From NCBI GenBank assembly GCA_900088475.1, contig FLMG01001680.1, forward strand, positions 1 to 41,417: a DNA stretch of 41,417 nt, read 5' to 3'. The notes under the pieces were generated by a model, which was not told where the DNA came from, searched no databases, and saw only the letters and a program-made list of their open reading frames with translations. The stretch is from Hyphochytrium catenoides (taxonomy: Eukaryota > Protista > Hyphochytriomycota). Shown here piece by piece: positions 23,416 to 34,039 of the stretch. Within the stretch, counting starts at the first letter, position 1; each line of letters opens with the position of its first letter. A program made the position numbers and the translations under genes.

Positions 23416-24200
23416 TTACACCTTGTTCATGCTAACCATATCTACACTCTGTACTTCATCCTCAAAGGCCTCAATAGCCTCGGTAATATCATCGACGCCA
23501 ACCATGTCGTCAACGATAATGCAGGAGACGACTAGCTTCTTGATGCCAAAAGCCACAGGGACAAGTTTGTGTCCCTCACCCCACTTTAGACCCTCAATCT
23601 GAACGGCCTTGATCTTTGCAGCAAGAGACTCCAGATCCTGATCAGACTCCCAAGGCTTCACCTCCAGGACACACTGAGACCTCTCGACGGGCTTAGCCTT
23701 CTTGGCCTTGGCCTTTGCAGCCTCAGCGCGAGCAGCGGCAGCCTTCTTAGCAGCCTCCGCGGCGGCAGGGTCTTCTTCCTCATCGTCATCTCCGAAAAGG
23801 TCATCATCATCGTCATCTTCGTCGTCATCCTTTGCCGCAGGCTTTGCTGCCGCAGCAGGGGCAGGCGCAGCAGCCTTCTTAGCAGGAGCAGGAGCTTCGA
23901 CTTTTGGTGCCTCCTTGGAAAGCACGACTGAAGTAAGAAGGTGCAAGCTTTAGCAACAACATAATCATTTGTCAAACATGTGAAAGGCTTACCAGTCAGT
24001 CCAAGAAGAGCAGCGATATGAATGTACCATCTGTATGCATATGGCGTGGTCTTTGGGTTGGGGGTTGAAGGGATGCTCTTGAAAACAGACACATCGGCAT
24101 CAGTGAAGGTGTACCCTTCGATGTATGATCGGGTGGTCAAGAAGCCATTGAGCTTCTTCATGCCACCCTCAGAGTCCAGGTTATCAAAAGCCATCACCAT
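23416..24200 (-). CDS. EEF1B: Translation elongation factor 1-beta (guanine nucleotide exchange subunit)
   Basis: Exon 1 has LNGFLTTRSYIEGY...RWYIHIAA. Intron 23992-23928. Exon 2 has an acidic DDDLFGDD segment and the exchange domain EVKPWESDQDL...GLKWGEGHKLVPVAFGIKKL...VQSVD. A 5'UTR intron is also likely (~24292-24218). Confidence 0.97.
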
Positions 24201-24811
24201 GGTTCTTAGTTTATATCTACAAATACAGGACGAGATGTCAGTAATTCGAAGACAGCTTCAGCGCTTCCTCAGTGCTTCATCGTGTTCCTTACCTTTTATA
24301 TGACGACCGCAAAGAAGGAAGATGGCTTGTGCAGACGGAGATTGCAGACGAAGATTGAGACTGCAGCTCTGTGAGCCCATCGCCCATCAGAAGAAGGATA
24401 CGCGGCCATGATCACTTCACCTCCACCCAGAGCACCAAGGATTCCAGGGCAAGCTCCAAATGACCCTAAACCTGCCGGCCATCATGCTCAGGGAGAGCTG
24501 ACAAGCACTAACATTTTACAAAACCTGGCTCTGGCATAAAGGATCATATGAGTCCGAAGCGGTATTCTACTGAAATCTTGTTATCACGGATAACACTAGT
24601 GACAATTGAGAATATGCATGAAGAGGGAAGAGGGAGGAAGGGTGAGGTCCAAGGTTCATCGTTCATCAATTTATTGGGCCAATAATCTTCAGAATAGCTG
24701 ACAGCAGAGACTCCGGAGAGTCTGGCGTCCGGACTCGTGACGGTGAGAAGCTAACTACGAAGGAAGGCGAAGGAGGAAGAGATGTTCTAGCTCAGGGAAA
24801 TCGGGGTTACC

Positions 24812-25726
24812 ATGGTACAGGAGCAGGAAAAGGTCAAATGCGTGGAGCGCGAAAGTCAAAAGCGAGGACGTTACATTCCGCCCCATCTGCGCACATCTCC
24901 TCCATTATCAATCAACCTCAGCACCTCTGGCGGTCCGGCGCAGCATGACATCGCCTCTCCTCGCTCAAAGTATGCTCTGCAGGTTCGTCAGTGGCGGTGG
25001 TTCATGAACAAGATAACCCCGTCAAAGTTTGATAAGTATATCAACAAAGCTTTAGTTCTCTCCCCCTACTCTCACGATGCCTTACATGCCATCGGAGACA
25101 TCATAGTCCACCATGCGGCGATCACTCCAGGATATAGCGATGTATACGTGAAGTATTGTGCTGCTCTAGGTGAGAGTGTCTCTACATGTTCTCCCGCTGT
25201 TACAGAGGTTGTAAATGGAGAGGTGAACAGCGGTGGACACCACTCTCTTCGTCAGGAGCTGCTGGTGCAAACCAAGAGGAAGATCGAAGGCTTGTTCTCC
25301 TCTTCATGTTGCGGGGACTACACAGCCAAGGAAAGACTCAGGCAATTTAACTTTCTCGGAAAGCTTCTCTCCTGTGCCCTGCGACTTGATGACGGAACCA
25401 AAAGGCAGATGTTAGTTAAGAAGGCCGAGGAAGCATCAGAGCACATTAGAGGTGGAACGAGCAGTGTGTGCCGCGCTTGCTTAACTTCGTCACTCGAGCT
25501 CTTTTTGCTGTCGGGGGTAGATCATCTGTTAGCAGTTGAGGAGCTACTCTCTCTTCCCTTGCTCGACCTTGCTTTGAGAGGACAGCTCTCTCTCTTTCTG
25601 GCCCACGATCAAGCTCCAAGCTGCTCCAGAGTCACACTGTATCACGATGACTACGATCCCATCGACAGAGTGATTTTAAGGAAGGAGATTATGGAGGATC
25701 CTGATAGAGGAACGGCTGACAGATAA
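24812..25726 (+). CDS. Intronless MIF4G (eIF4G middle domain)-like protein
   Basis: 304-aa ORF. RQWRWFMNKITPSKFDK...AIGDIIVHHAAITPGYSDVYVKYCAAL...LRQELLVQ...FNFLGKL matches the MIF4G pattern LNKLTPEKF...EP.FS..YA.LC...FIGEL. N-terminal RYIPPHLR. Confidence 0.65.
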   Translation: MVQEQEKVKCVERESQKRGRYIPPHLRTSPPLSINLSTSGGPAQHDIASPRSKYALQVRQWRWFMNKITPSKFDKYINKALVLSPYSHDALHAIGDIIVHHAAITPGYSDVYVKYCAALGESVSTCSPAVTEVVNGEVNSGGHHSLRQELLVQTKRKIEGLFSSSCCGDYTAKERLRQFNFLGKLLSCALRLDDGTKRQMLVKKAEEASEHIRGGTSSVCRACLTSSLELFLLSGVDHLLAVEELLSLPLLDLALRGQLSLFLAHDQAPSCSRVTLYHDDYDPIDRVILRKEIMEDPDRGTADR

Positions 25727-26472
25727 CTTCTCTTTGTTCACACGATACCGGGCAATGCTGCTAAGATGCAGGAGTTATCGAAGTCCGCTTGACATTTTGA
25801 GCCTACCTTCGTCTCTAGACCCCTGCGCGAAGAAGTCTACGAGTTATCATATGGCCATGTCGAGCTGAGATCAAAACAATCGAGAGTGTAGAAGGCCTGA
25901 GAGAAAGCCCTAGCTCAGTGGCTGGTTGGGTTCATGCTTCGCCTAGAAAATAATGAGGCTGTTGTAGGCTTTATACTCAGCTATCACCATGGCCTCAGAA
26001 ACCTAGGAGAGGTGGAAAGGATGGCCAGTGCTCAACGATGGAATTTATACCCCTTCGTTGCCACCGGTGGCTAGGCGGCCGCAGGGACAAGTGGAGATTA
26101 TCGATGTCAACACACTCAAGACAGTATGGTTCCTGCAGCTAGTGCTTCTACCCTCAACGGCTTTTCCTTAGAGATAGACTGCCAACGGAACGGGTGGTGG
26201 ACTCTCTTACGGCCAACAAGCAAGCATCAACATACACGCGGTGAAGGTCGAATAGTACCTATCTAGAGATTAGAGACCATAGGATGACAAGCCTTAACCT
26301 CTTCTAAGCATAGCCAATGGCATCTTCAAATCGCCGCGGTGGAATGACTTAGCGGCATTGATATAGAGACAGAAGAAGGACATCACTCTTATCACATGAC
26401 GACCACCAATACCTTCAGCTATTCAAGATGTTCTGCCTACACTATCAAGTCTCCTTGCTTATCTGTCTTGCA

Positions 26473-29400
26473 CTACTTAACTGCGGAGAAGAAGATGCAA
26501 TCATAGACAACATGCATCATGGACCTCACATCTCGCGTGTAGCAACTCTCTCTTGACTCTTCTCTCTGCCGCACGCAGAATGAGCAAGGTAGAAGTAAGT
26601 CTCGACCATCAAGGTGGAGAAAGAGACGGAACCCATCCATCAGAAAGAAGAGCATCTCCACCAAGGAGACAAAAGGTTTGCTAGTGCTGTTCTACATACC
26701 TCAATCTTGAACCCACTTGTTTGCATCGCCTGGCGTACGTCCTCCCAACTGAGCTCTATAGAGGCTGCATATCTGTCATCGTCAGGTTCATGGTCACCCG
26801 ATCCCTGCCAGTGATAGAGCAGCGGACCTGCAATGGGGTGGTAAGAGAACCTAATCCAAGCGCAGTAGCCAAGAAACAGTTTGCACAGTTGATTTCTAAA
26901 AGGCTCATCGTGGGCGCTCTTGCACTTTCGTGCTTGGTGCTGCTAGATCTATCCTTCTGATAATACACTGGCTTACCAAAGTTAATCCACCGTCCTCCCG
27001 GCCTCAGGATGCGATGGATGGTCTCAATGTAGGTCAAGACGTTGGGCGCCGTGTCCAGGAAGAAGCATGTCACAATTGCATCCCACGATTCTGAAAGTGA
27101 AGTTGTCATTGGTAGAACCAAGAGCCACAGTGAAAAGGTTTTATAGAGAGAAAGCAGTCGAGGGTGGACTATCCGCGAGAGACCGAGAGCTGACTAGAGA
27201 GTTTTCGCTTCTTCCAGGTATAGGGCTCAGTCCTATAGAGGTAGCCATCTACTGAAGCACAAGAGGACCTTGAAGCGTCAACGGAGAAAGACCAGCGACC
27301 AGAAGACTACTTTTGACTGTCATCACCTGGGTGGTTGCCGTAAATTTCAAGAAATTCTCCGGCTGCCATAGAGAACTGAGGTCGATTTCCACTCTCTCCG
27401 TCTAGCAGGGAGGAGGGGCAAACATCTGGGATCCGAACACCCCGCAGGTGATCAAAGGCTCCTCGGTTGTTGGACGGATTGTCAATCCAAGGGAAGATTT
27501 CTTGTTCATTGGGCTCACTTGTACTATGCGGTAGAAAGACAAAGGACCATTTGAGAGGTTGAACTTGAAAAGAACCCATTGGCTAGCCCATGAGGCTGAA
27601 GAAGAAGTAGATTCTTTTAAATTGGTAGGGCAAAATAAAGAAGAGATAGACCAGATCACGCAGCACGAGATGGGAAAGTTCTTACCAGTTTAGTAAGAAA
27701 TTGCTTGTGAGAAGCATGAAGTAAGAAAACTCATTCCCTTGACATTCATAGCCTGTGAGACGCGTGTCATAGCGTGTGAGACGGATGTCGTAGAGGGGCG
27801 TGTTAGCCTCGACTTTCTGCTGGATTTTATGGGTAGGAACCCAAAAGAATCAAGAACAATCCGAAGAGATAGAGGGAAGGCAGAACGATGAAGGCCTAAA
27901 GAAAGCTCAACTAGCAATGCCCGGAAGTATATTCAAAAATGGTACAGCTATAATGAGCTAATGGGGTTACCTCTCGCCGCTATCTCTAAGGGCAGCCTTC
28001 CCAGTCCTGAGCCTGGTACTAGAACCTGGAGTGGCCGAGAAGAGGATTCTGGCGGTAGTACCCTAACAAGTTCCTCTATTAAAGGACCATAGCACTGATC
28101 TCTTTCCGCTTTGCCCTACAAACAGCGCCAAAATGAGAAGCGGCGCCAGAAGTGTTACAAGTGCCAAGGTCTCATACGGACATGGATTTCGGGAGACGCA
28201 AGACAGGAACAGGTGGAGACATAGATTTGTATGTTGACTTTACCTCTTCAGACCAATCCCTGACGCATTGGTGCAGCGTGCTCTTCAGTTTACTGAAGTG
28301 TCGCTCCGGACTGACGATATTCTTGTCTCTGGGAGGACGGGGAGGATAGGAGTCGTCGTCTCCCGTAGGTCCAAACCCTTTATTCCTGTTCACTATCACG
28401 TTGAGAAAGAGCTGATTCTGCTGTATAGCTCTCTGCGGAGGAAGGAGACGGTAAGACCTTAGGGACAGATGACTGAGTGATGATGCTATCTGCGTCTACT
28501 CTAGCACCGTTCACTGTTGCTACCAGCTCACTCAGATCCATGCTCACCAACTCTCTATGTTACATCATTCCTCGCACCTTCATCTGCGCTTTCCGGCTCT
28601 CGTAGGTGCTGTATAACTTTTTATGACTTTCACTAAGATTCCGGTAGGCGCGCTCTCGACGGAAGAGCTCTCGCAGCATGAACTTGAAATACTCCTAATG
28701 GCGAGACAATGCTTTCAGCCACTGTGCTGTATAGGCCAGAAAGAGAGAAGAGAGAACGAAGAAGAGTAGCAGTCGGCAGGGCGAAACAGCGGTAGACAAA
28801 GCGAGTGATGCTATACCAGCAGACGGGGCGCAAGCACTTGAGCATTAAAACCCTTTGCCAAAAAGAGTGAGAAAGGCCTCGCGGAGATTGAGAACATGAG
28901 AAACAAAACGGTCATGGGACAATGCTAAGAAAGGCATGGGACGGGTGCTACCTGGAAAGATACGACCACGGAGTTGAAATGCTCGATCTCTGCCAGCATT
29001 TCCTCCTCAGGCACGCCATACCCGTGATCATGACCATGGTGGTGATCGTGATCGTGACTATGACCGTGGTCTATGCAGGAGTGGCCGTGTCCTTGATGTT
29101 GATGAGAAGCATGACGGGAGTCATCGGCTAATGGTCGCACTAGATACGTGCATTCTTCGTCCTCGAAGTACTTTAAAAAGCCTGAACGCAGATAGAGGTG
29201 CAGCGCGTCTTGCCACACTGTGTTCGTCTCTACTAGGATGTGGGTCATGCCTTGCTGGTGTGCTTGCAGAAGAAGATCTGCGGTGATGGCCTTGCCCACT
29301 CCCTGGCCACGGTATTCTCTCTTCACTGACATCCGCACTAGGCGCCCACAGAGAGCCGATGGTGGCAGCTGAGGAGGCAAGGGCATCTCACCCTTATCTC

Positions 29401-29674
29401 TGATAAGTATCCCGACGCCAATCAACTGCCCTTTCAACCACACAGTGCGGATGAAGCCTCCCTCCGCGACATAATAAGAGTGCAGGTCGTTAATGTCAGG
29501 ATTTCGGGTCAGGTCCGTCTGCTCTCCCCACCGCTCAGTGATGCCCTGCACAAGAAGGTCTCGGACCTGCCCTTGGTCTTGGGATTGAAAGGATTTGAAA
29601 GCACATTGGCTAAGGAGATCGCTGGACCCAGCACTGGCCGGCTTCGCCTTCTGTGTCCGTCGATGCTTGCCCAT
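26473..29674 (-). CDS. CARNMT1: GNAT acetyltransferase + His-rich linker + carnosine N-methyltransferase (N2227/CARNMT1) fusion, ~9 exons
   Basis: Exon 1 (29674-28952) holds the GNAT domain (RMSVKREYRGQGVG...ALHLYLRSGF), the His tract and EIEHFNSVVVSFQ. Later exons give [94 protein letters not shown] and SIELSWEDV, with the stop at 26473. Confidence 0.9.
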
Positions 29675-30453
29675 CGCTCTTAGGATAGGCTAATTGGCCT
29701 CCAACCGGCACTACTCGCCACTGGCTTGGGATACCGGTAGTGAGCTGACAATCCTCGCCCTTGACGGCTCGCGTGAAGCTGCTTTAGGCCACACCGCACG
29801 CCCTAGGTTCCAGGGCAGACAAGCCTGCTCATAGAGAGTCAGTGCGTCGGGTGGCCGATCTGGTTGAGCTTGAAGCTCGGACAATGACCTTCCGGCGTGG
29901 AGGCGACAATGATTCTGATGATTTTGTGGCCTCCACAATAAAACCAGGTTTGAACATGGTTAGAGACTCACTTCACGCCCTAGTAACCCAAGACTAACCC
30001 AGAAATCTTCACTAATAGATTAGAGCATTAACACTAATTAAAGGTTTTGTGGGTGTGGTATCTGGGATTCTACCCACTGGCTAACATGGGGATCTAGGTT
30101 CTTAGTTAGAACAGAGGCACCTTCATAACGCTTCTGATGATCGCTCCGCCCCACGCCTGCGCCTGGTCCTGCCGCTGACCAGCTTTGTCGTTTCCCGGAA
30201 GCGCAAGCTCTGGTCCGTTGTCTTCTCAGCAGCATATAGTGGTCTGTTTGCAGGCGCAGCCAAGCGTCTTCAGCGTGCCTGGTGAAAGCTACGAGCGTCT
30301 TGTCTGTCATTGCTGCCCGTCAGGACGTCTCTTTGGGTCAGTCCTGTACAGCCCATCAAGCTATGTAGACAAAGAATGTAGGAGAATGTTGGCCGCTTGG
30401 TCACTTAGAATGAATCATTACTGGCTCACTGAGCTTTGGGCAAGGAAGCTGTG

Positions 30454-33186
30454 ATGTCGACCACGAATGGCAATCTGTCACGCCAAGATGAAGCTCAGTT
30501 TAACGAGCTTCATTGGAGCAGTTATGAAAAGCTCAGTAATGAGTTGTGGGAGCTGGTTTGCGGTTATTTAGACAATGGGTCTCTCTCCAATCTGGTCTGT
30601 GCTTCAAACAGCTTCCAACTTTCTCTTGAAAGGTGAGCAGAGCCAGCGTAGCGCCTCTCGGTCTCCATATTGGGTCGTCTCACGGTTTGGTTGTGATCCT
30701 CTCGGCCGCAGCTTCCTCGAGGAGAGATGTAAGAAGGCGTGTATAATCACGAAACTCTACACCCTCCTTTCCATAAATGGCATGGCCTCGAGAGTGCCGA
30801 AGGTGGGTTTTTATAGCAAAGGCTTTGGTTGTACGCTGCGATGGAGAGCTGACTCCACTCATCCACGCTACTCTCCTATTAAAAGACCTGGCGTAGGCTT
30901 TGCAGAGGTTTGACGGATCTGCATGCCTTGCGATGGGAGGAATGTGAGAAGGGGACAGGAGGTGCTCTGAGGGAAATGAAGTCTGATCGGTTAGAGTACG
31001 TAGCGGACTATGAGAGTGGACTGCTATATAGGTGAGCAACACAAGGAACAGAGCGAAGTGGGGGAGGGAGCAGAAGCACAGGATGGGCTTAAGATACAGC
31101 GGTTGGAGAAGAGATTGACTCATAGTATGAGTGCAAGGTGCGCTGAAGGGACAGTGAGGTAGAGCCGAAAAGGCGGAAAGAGGGATATCTAACCGAGAGA
31201 CTTTTTCCTAGGGTCGGGGGCCACTACTTTTTTTCTGTCGCCGTCCTGGAGCTCAGTGAGGTGCAGATCGTTCCTCTAACTCCGCCCGCTGGTCCTTCTA
31301 CTTCGGAGATCGGACAGGATAATAGAGGAGAGCATTACATTCAAGGCGAGCAAGAGTCAGAAAAGGGCTATCCATTGTCTCCGTTCACTTCTCTTGGCCC
31401 TCCGTCCATAGTGCCGCCTTCAGCGCCACCACCTCCTACAGCGCCACCACCTCCTATTCCACTACCTGCGGCAGAAGAACCTTCGCTCAGCCATCTGGTC
31501 AGCTTTGGACCTTGGAAGAAGGTCAAGGCAGTGGGCATACCGCCAAGCGCGCGCCGACACCACGCTCTTGCTACTCTCCCTAGTATAAAAGGTAGTGCAC
31601 CATATACATATAAGATATTCTGCATAAAGTCACTTTCTCTTCAGGCCGTGCAGTGCAGGCCCATTTGCAGCCGACTTTTTCTCCAGATGGGTTTGAATAT
31701 TCGCCATCAGATGTTCTAGATCGTCTCCTGATTTTTGGCGGGCAAACTGAAGGTTTTCCCTTCGATGCAAAGGATGATCTACACCTTCTCCTGGTCGGCA
31801 AACGTGAAGGCCAGCAGCGGTAATACTTGCCCTATTTTCCATTTCACCTTATTCTGACTGCTTCTTGATACGTTGTAGCTGGTAGTAAGCTTTCTCAAAC
31901 AACCTTTGATGGATGCGCGTTGTCAGCATCTTTTTCATTAATATTCACGGTTTGAAGACCACCGCCGTCCACTCCGTTTCCCTGTCTATTAGTAGTTTCA
32001 AGCCTCACGTGAATCTTCTCTCCACCCCATGGTCCAGCCCTCGGGGGCTCTGGATTTGCCCAGAAGTATCTGGGGAGCAGCCAGGTGGCCGTTGTGGTCA
32101 CTCAATGACCAGAGTCTTTGAAGGAGAGATTGTTGTCATTGGGGGCTCGAAGGGAACCACAGCCATTAATGACCTTGAAGTCTTTGTCCTGCATTACGAC
32201 GAAGAGAGTAAGTTCCTCAACTTTGTGTGCCGAGCCAAAGGATCTCATTCTGCGCGCTGAACGTCCACCGTTCCTATTCGCGCATCCATCTTCTGACCCA
32301 TACTTGGCTTCTTTTTCTGCTCGCTGCTAGGCCCTCTTGGTCCGTTCCGATGGAGTCAGCCGAATATTGCAGGCACTGTTCCCAATGGACGGTCTCTGCA
32401 CTACGTTCTTCCGTAAGGGACTTTGCTATTTGGCCCTCGTCTTACGTGAATTCCTAAGTCTGCCACTCATGACCTCGGCTCTAGGCATCCGAACAAACCT
32501 TATGAATTGAAGATCTTTGGGGGAAAGCAGGTTGGAGTGTCCAACGCTCTGTATGATGTGCAGACTTTGGTGACCTCGCCCAGCGACGACGGCTGGCATT
32601 GGAAAGAGGTCCCAACTTCTGGACATTGTCCGCAAGGAAGAAGAGGTATCCACTTTTCAACTTATCTTGTCGATGGTGTTCAGCCATAGTCGTATCTACA
32701 TCCTCCTCTTATTTCGAGGGATCAACTGGTTACTTTGTGTGACTCTCTCTCTCTCTATACTTCTCTTGCTCAGCCCACCAAGACCTGCACATCTGCTGTG
32801 GGGCATTGTCTCGACGTCTATGCCGTACTTACGGACTACTTACCACTTCTTTTTGTCTCCCTTTAGGCCACAGTGTAACTACGATCGGGGCTAAGTTAAT
32901 CCTCTTTGGTGGCCAGCTAGAAGATGTGATGCCGGAAGAGGCGTTATCGGACGAGTTACTGGTGCTCAACGTGCATACGAACGTTTGGGATCGGCCAAAG
33001 GTGCCAGGTCCTCCTCTGTCTGCTAGACGCAGCCATGACGCCAAGCACTTCGGCAGTTGCATTGTGTTCAATGGTGGCTTCACCTATCCTTATGACAGCA
33101 GCGGTGGGTCTGCTGAAGGCTACCGGCAGGGCACTTACACCCTCATCAAGGAGAAGGAGCCTCAGCGGTTGAGGCTCCTGGACTAA
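30454..33186 (+). CDS. F-box / Kelch-repeat protein (multi-exon; some junctions and the 3' end unresolved)
   Basis: N-terminal F-box-like LSNELWELVCGYLDNGSLSNLVCASNSF and a Pro-rich stretch. Kelch blades PPSARRHHA, PGGRCGHSMT...IVVIGG, PQGRRGHSVTTIGAKLILFGG and PLSARRSHDA...IVFNGG. Confidence 0.75.
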
Positions 33187-34039
33187 GCCCAGGTCGAGAT
33201 TCCGGCAGACAGCATTTCGCGTAGACTACCCTTTCTTCAATTATTCATTGCTCTTTCCTGTCGGTCTTGTGAAGCTCGGCGTGAAACCAGCGCTGCCAAG
33301 GACAAGGGCCAAGGATGAAAGGTCTGACGCTGTCACCTTGTCACGTGGCCTAAGGATGCTGAAGACTCTGCTCAGTAAGAGGCACCATCCGTACCAACGC
33401 TTAGCCTATGTAATTTTAGGTCATATATAAGTCCTAATAAGCAGGAATACCTCTCAGACGACAAAGATAACTCTCCATACTGAGCTTCCACGTAACAGAA
33501 GGTCTCCACAGGTTCCATTTGCTATCAGCTACAACTCCCCGACGCTCCATCACTCAGGCCCACTTCGTCTTGGACAGCAAAGCTCGATGCCTCTGGATGT
33601 AATAGCACTAGCAGGGGAAGAGCACGTAGAGCAGGAAGTCTTTGTACGGCAGAAGTAGGTCTCATGACTCTTCCACCCTCCTAGGGAACGGCGTTGACAG
33701 CAGACCCACGCGGCCGACCAGCTCTCCAACTCTTCAGCTTGCAGAGCACTTTCCAAACTTCAACATGAGAAGCACCGGGAGAGCCGGTAACAGCTGCGGG
33801 CATCCTCCTAGGATCGAGGCGATCTTCGGCAGCGCAAGATCGAGGGCAGTCAGCCGCAGGGTCGCGTCTGCAGGAAGATCTCTGCGTCCTGAGGAGCTAT
33901 CGGTCAGCACATCCTCCATCTCCCGACCAGCGCTGCAGAAAGCATCTCCTGGAACTTTCAGACTTCTGACTGTGGGATTAACGCAGCCGGGGCGGGTCAT
34001 TGGCATTAAGCTGACGTGTTGAGATACGACGACGGGGCG

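Noticed and set aside
23104-23535. ORFs 23104-23535 (+) and 23136-23411 (-)
   Set aside because: They overlap the EF-1 beta 3' end/UTR and have no recognisable features.
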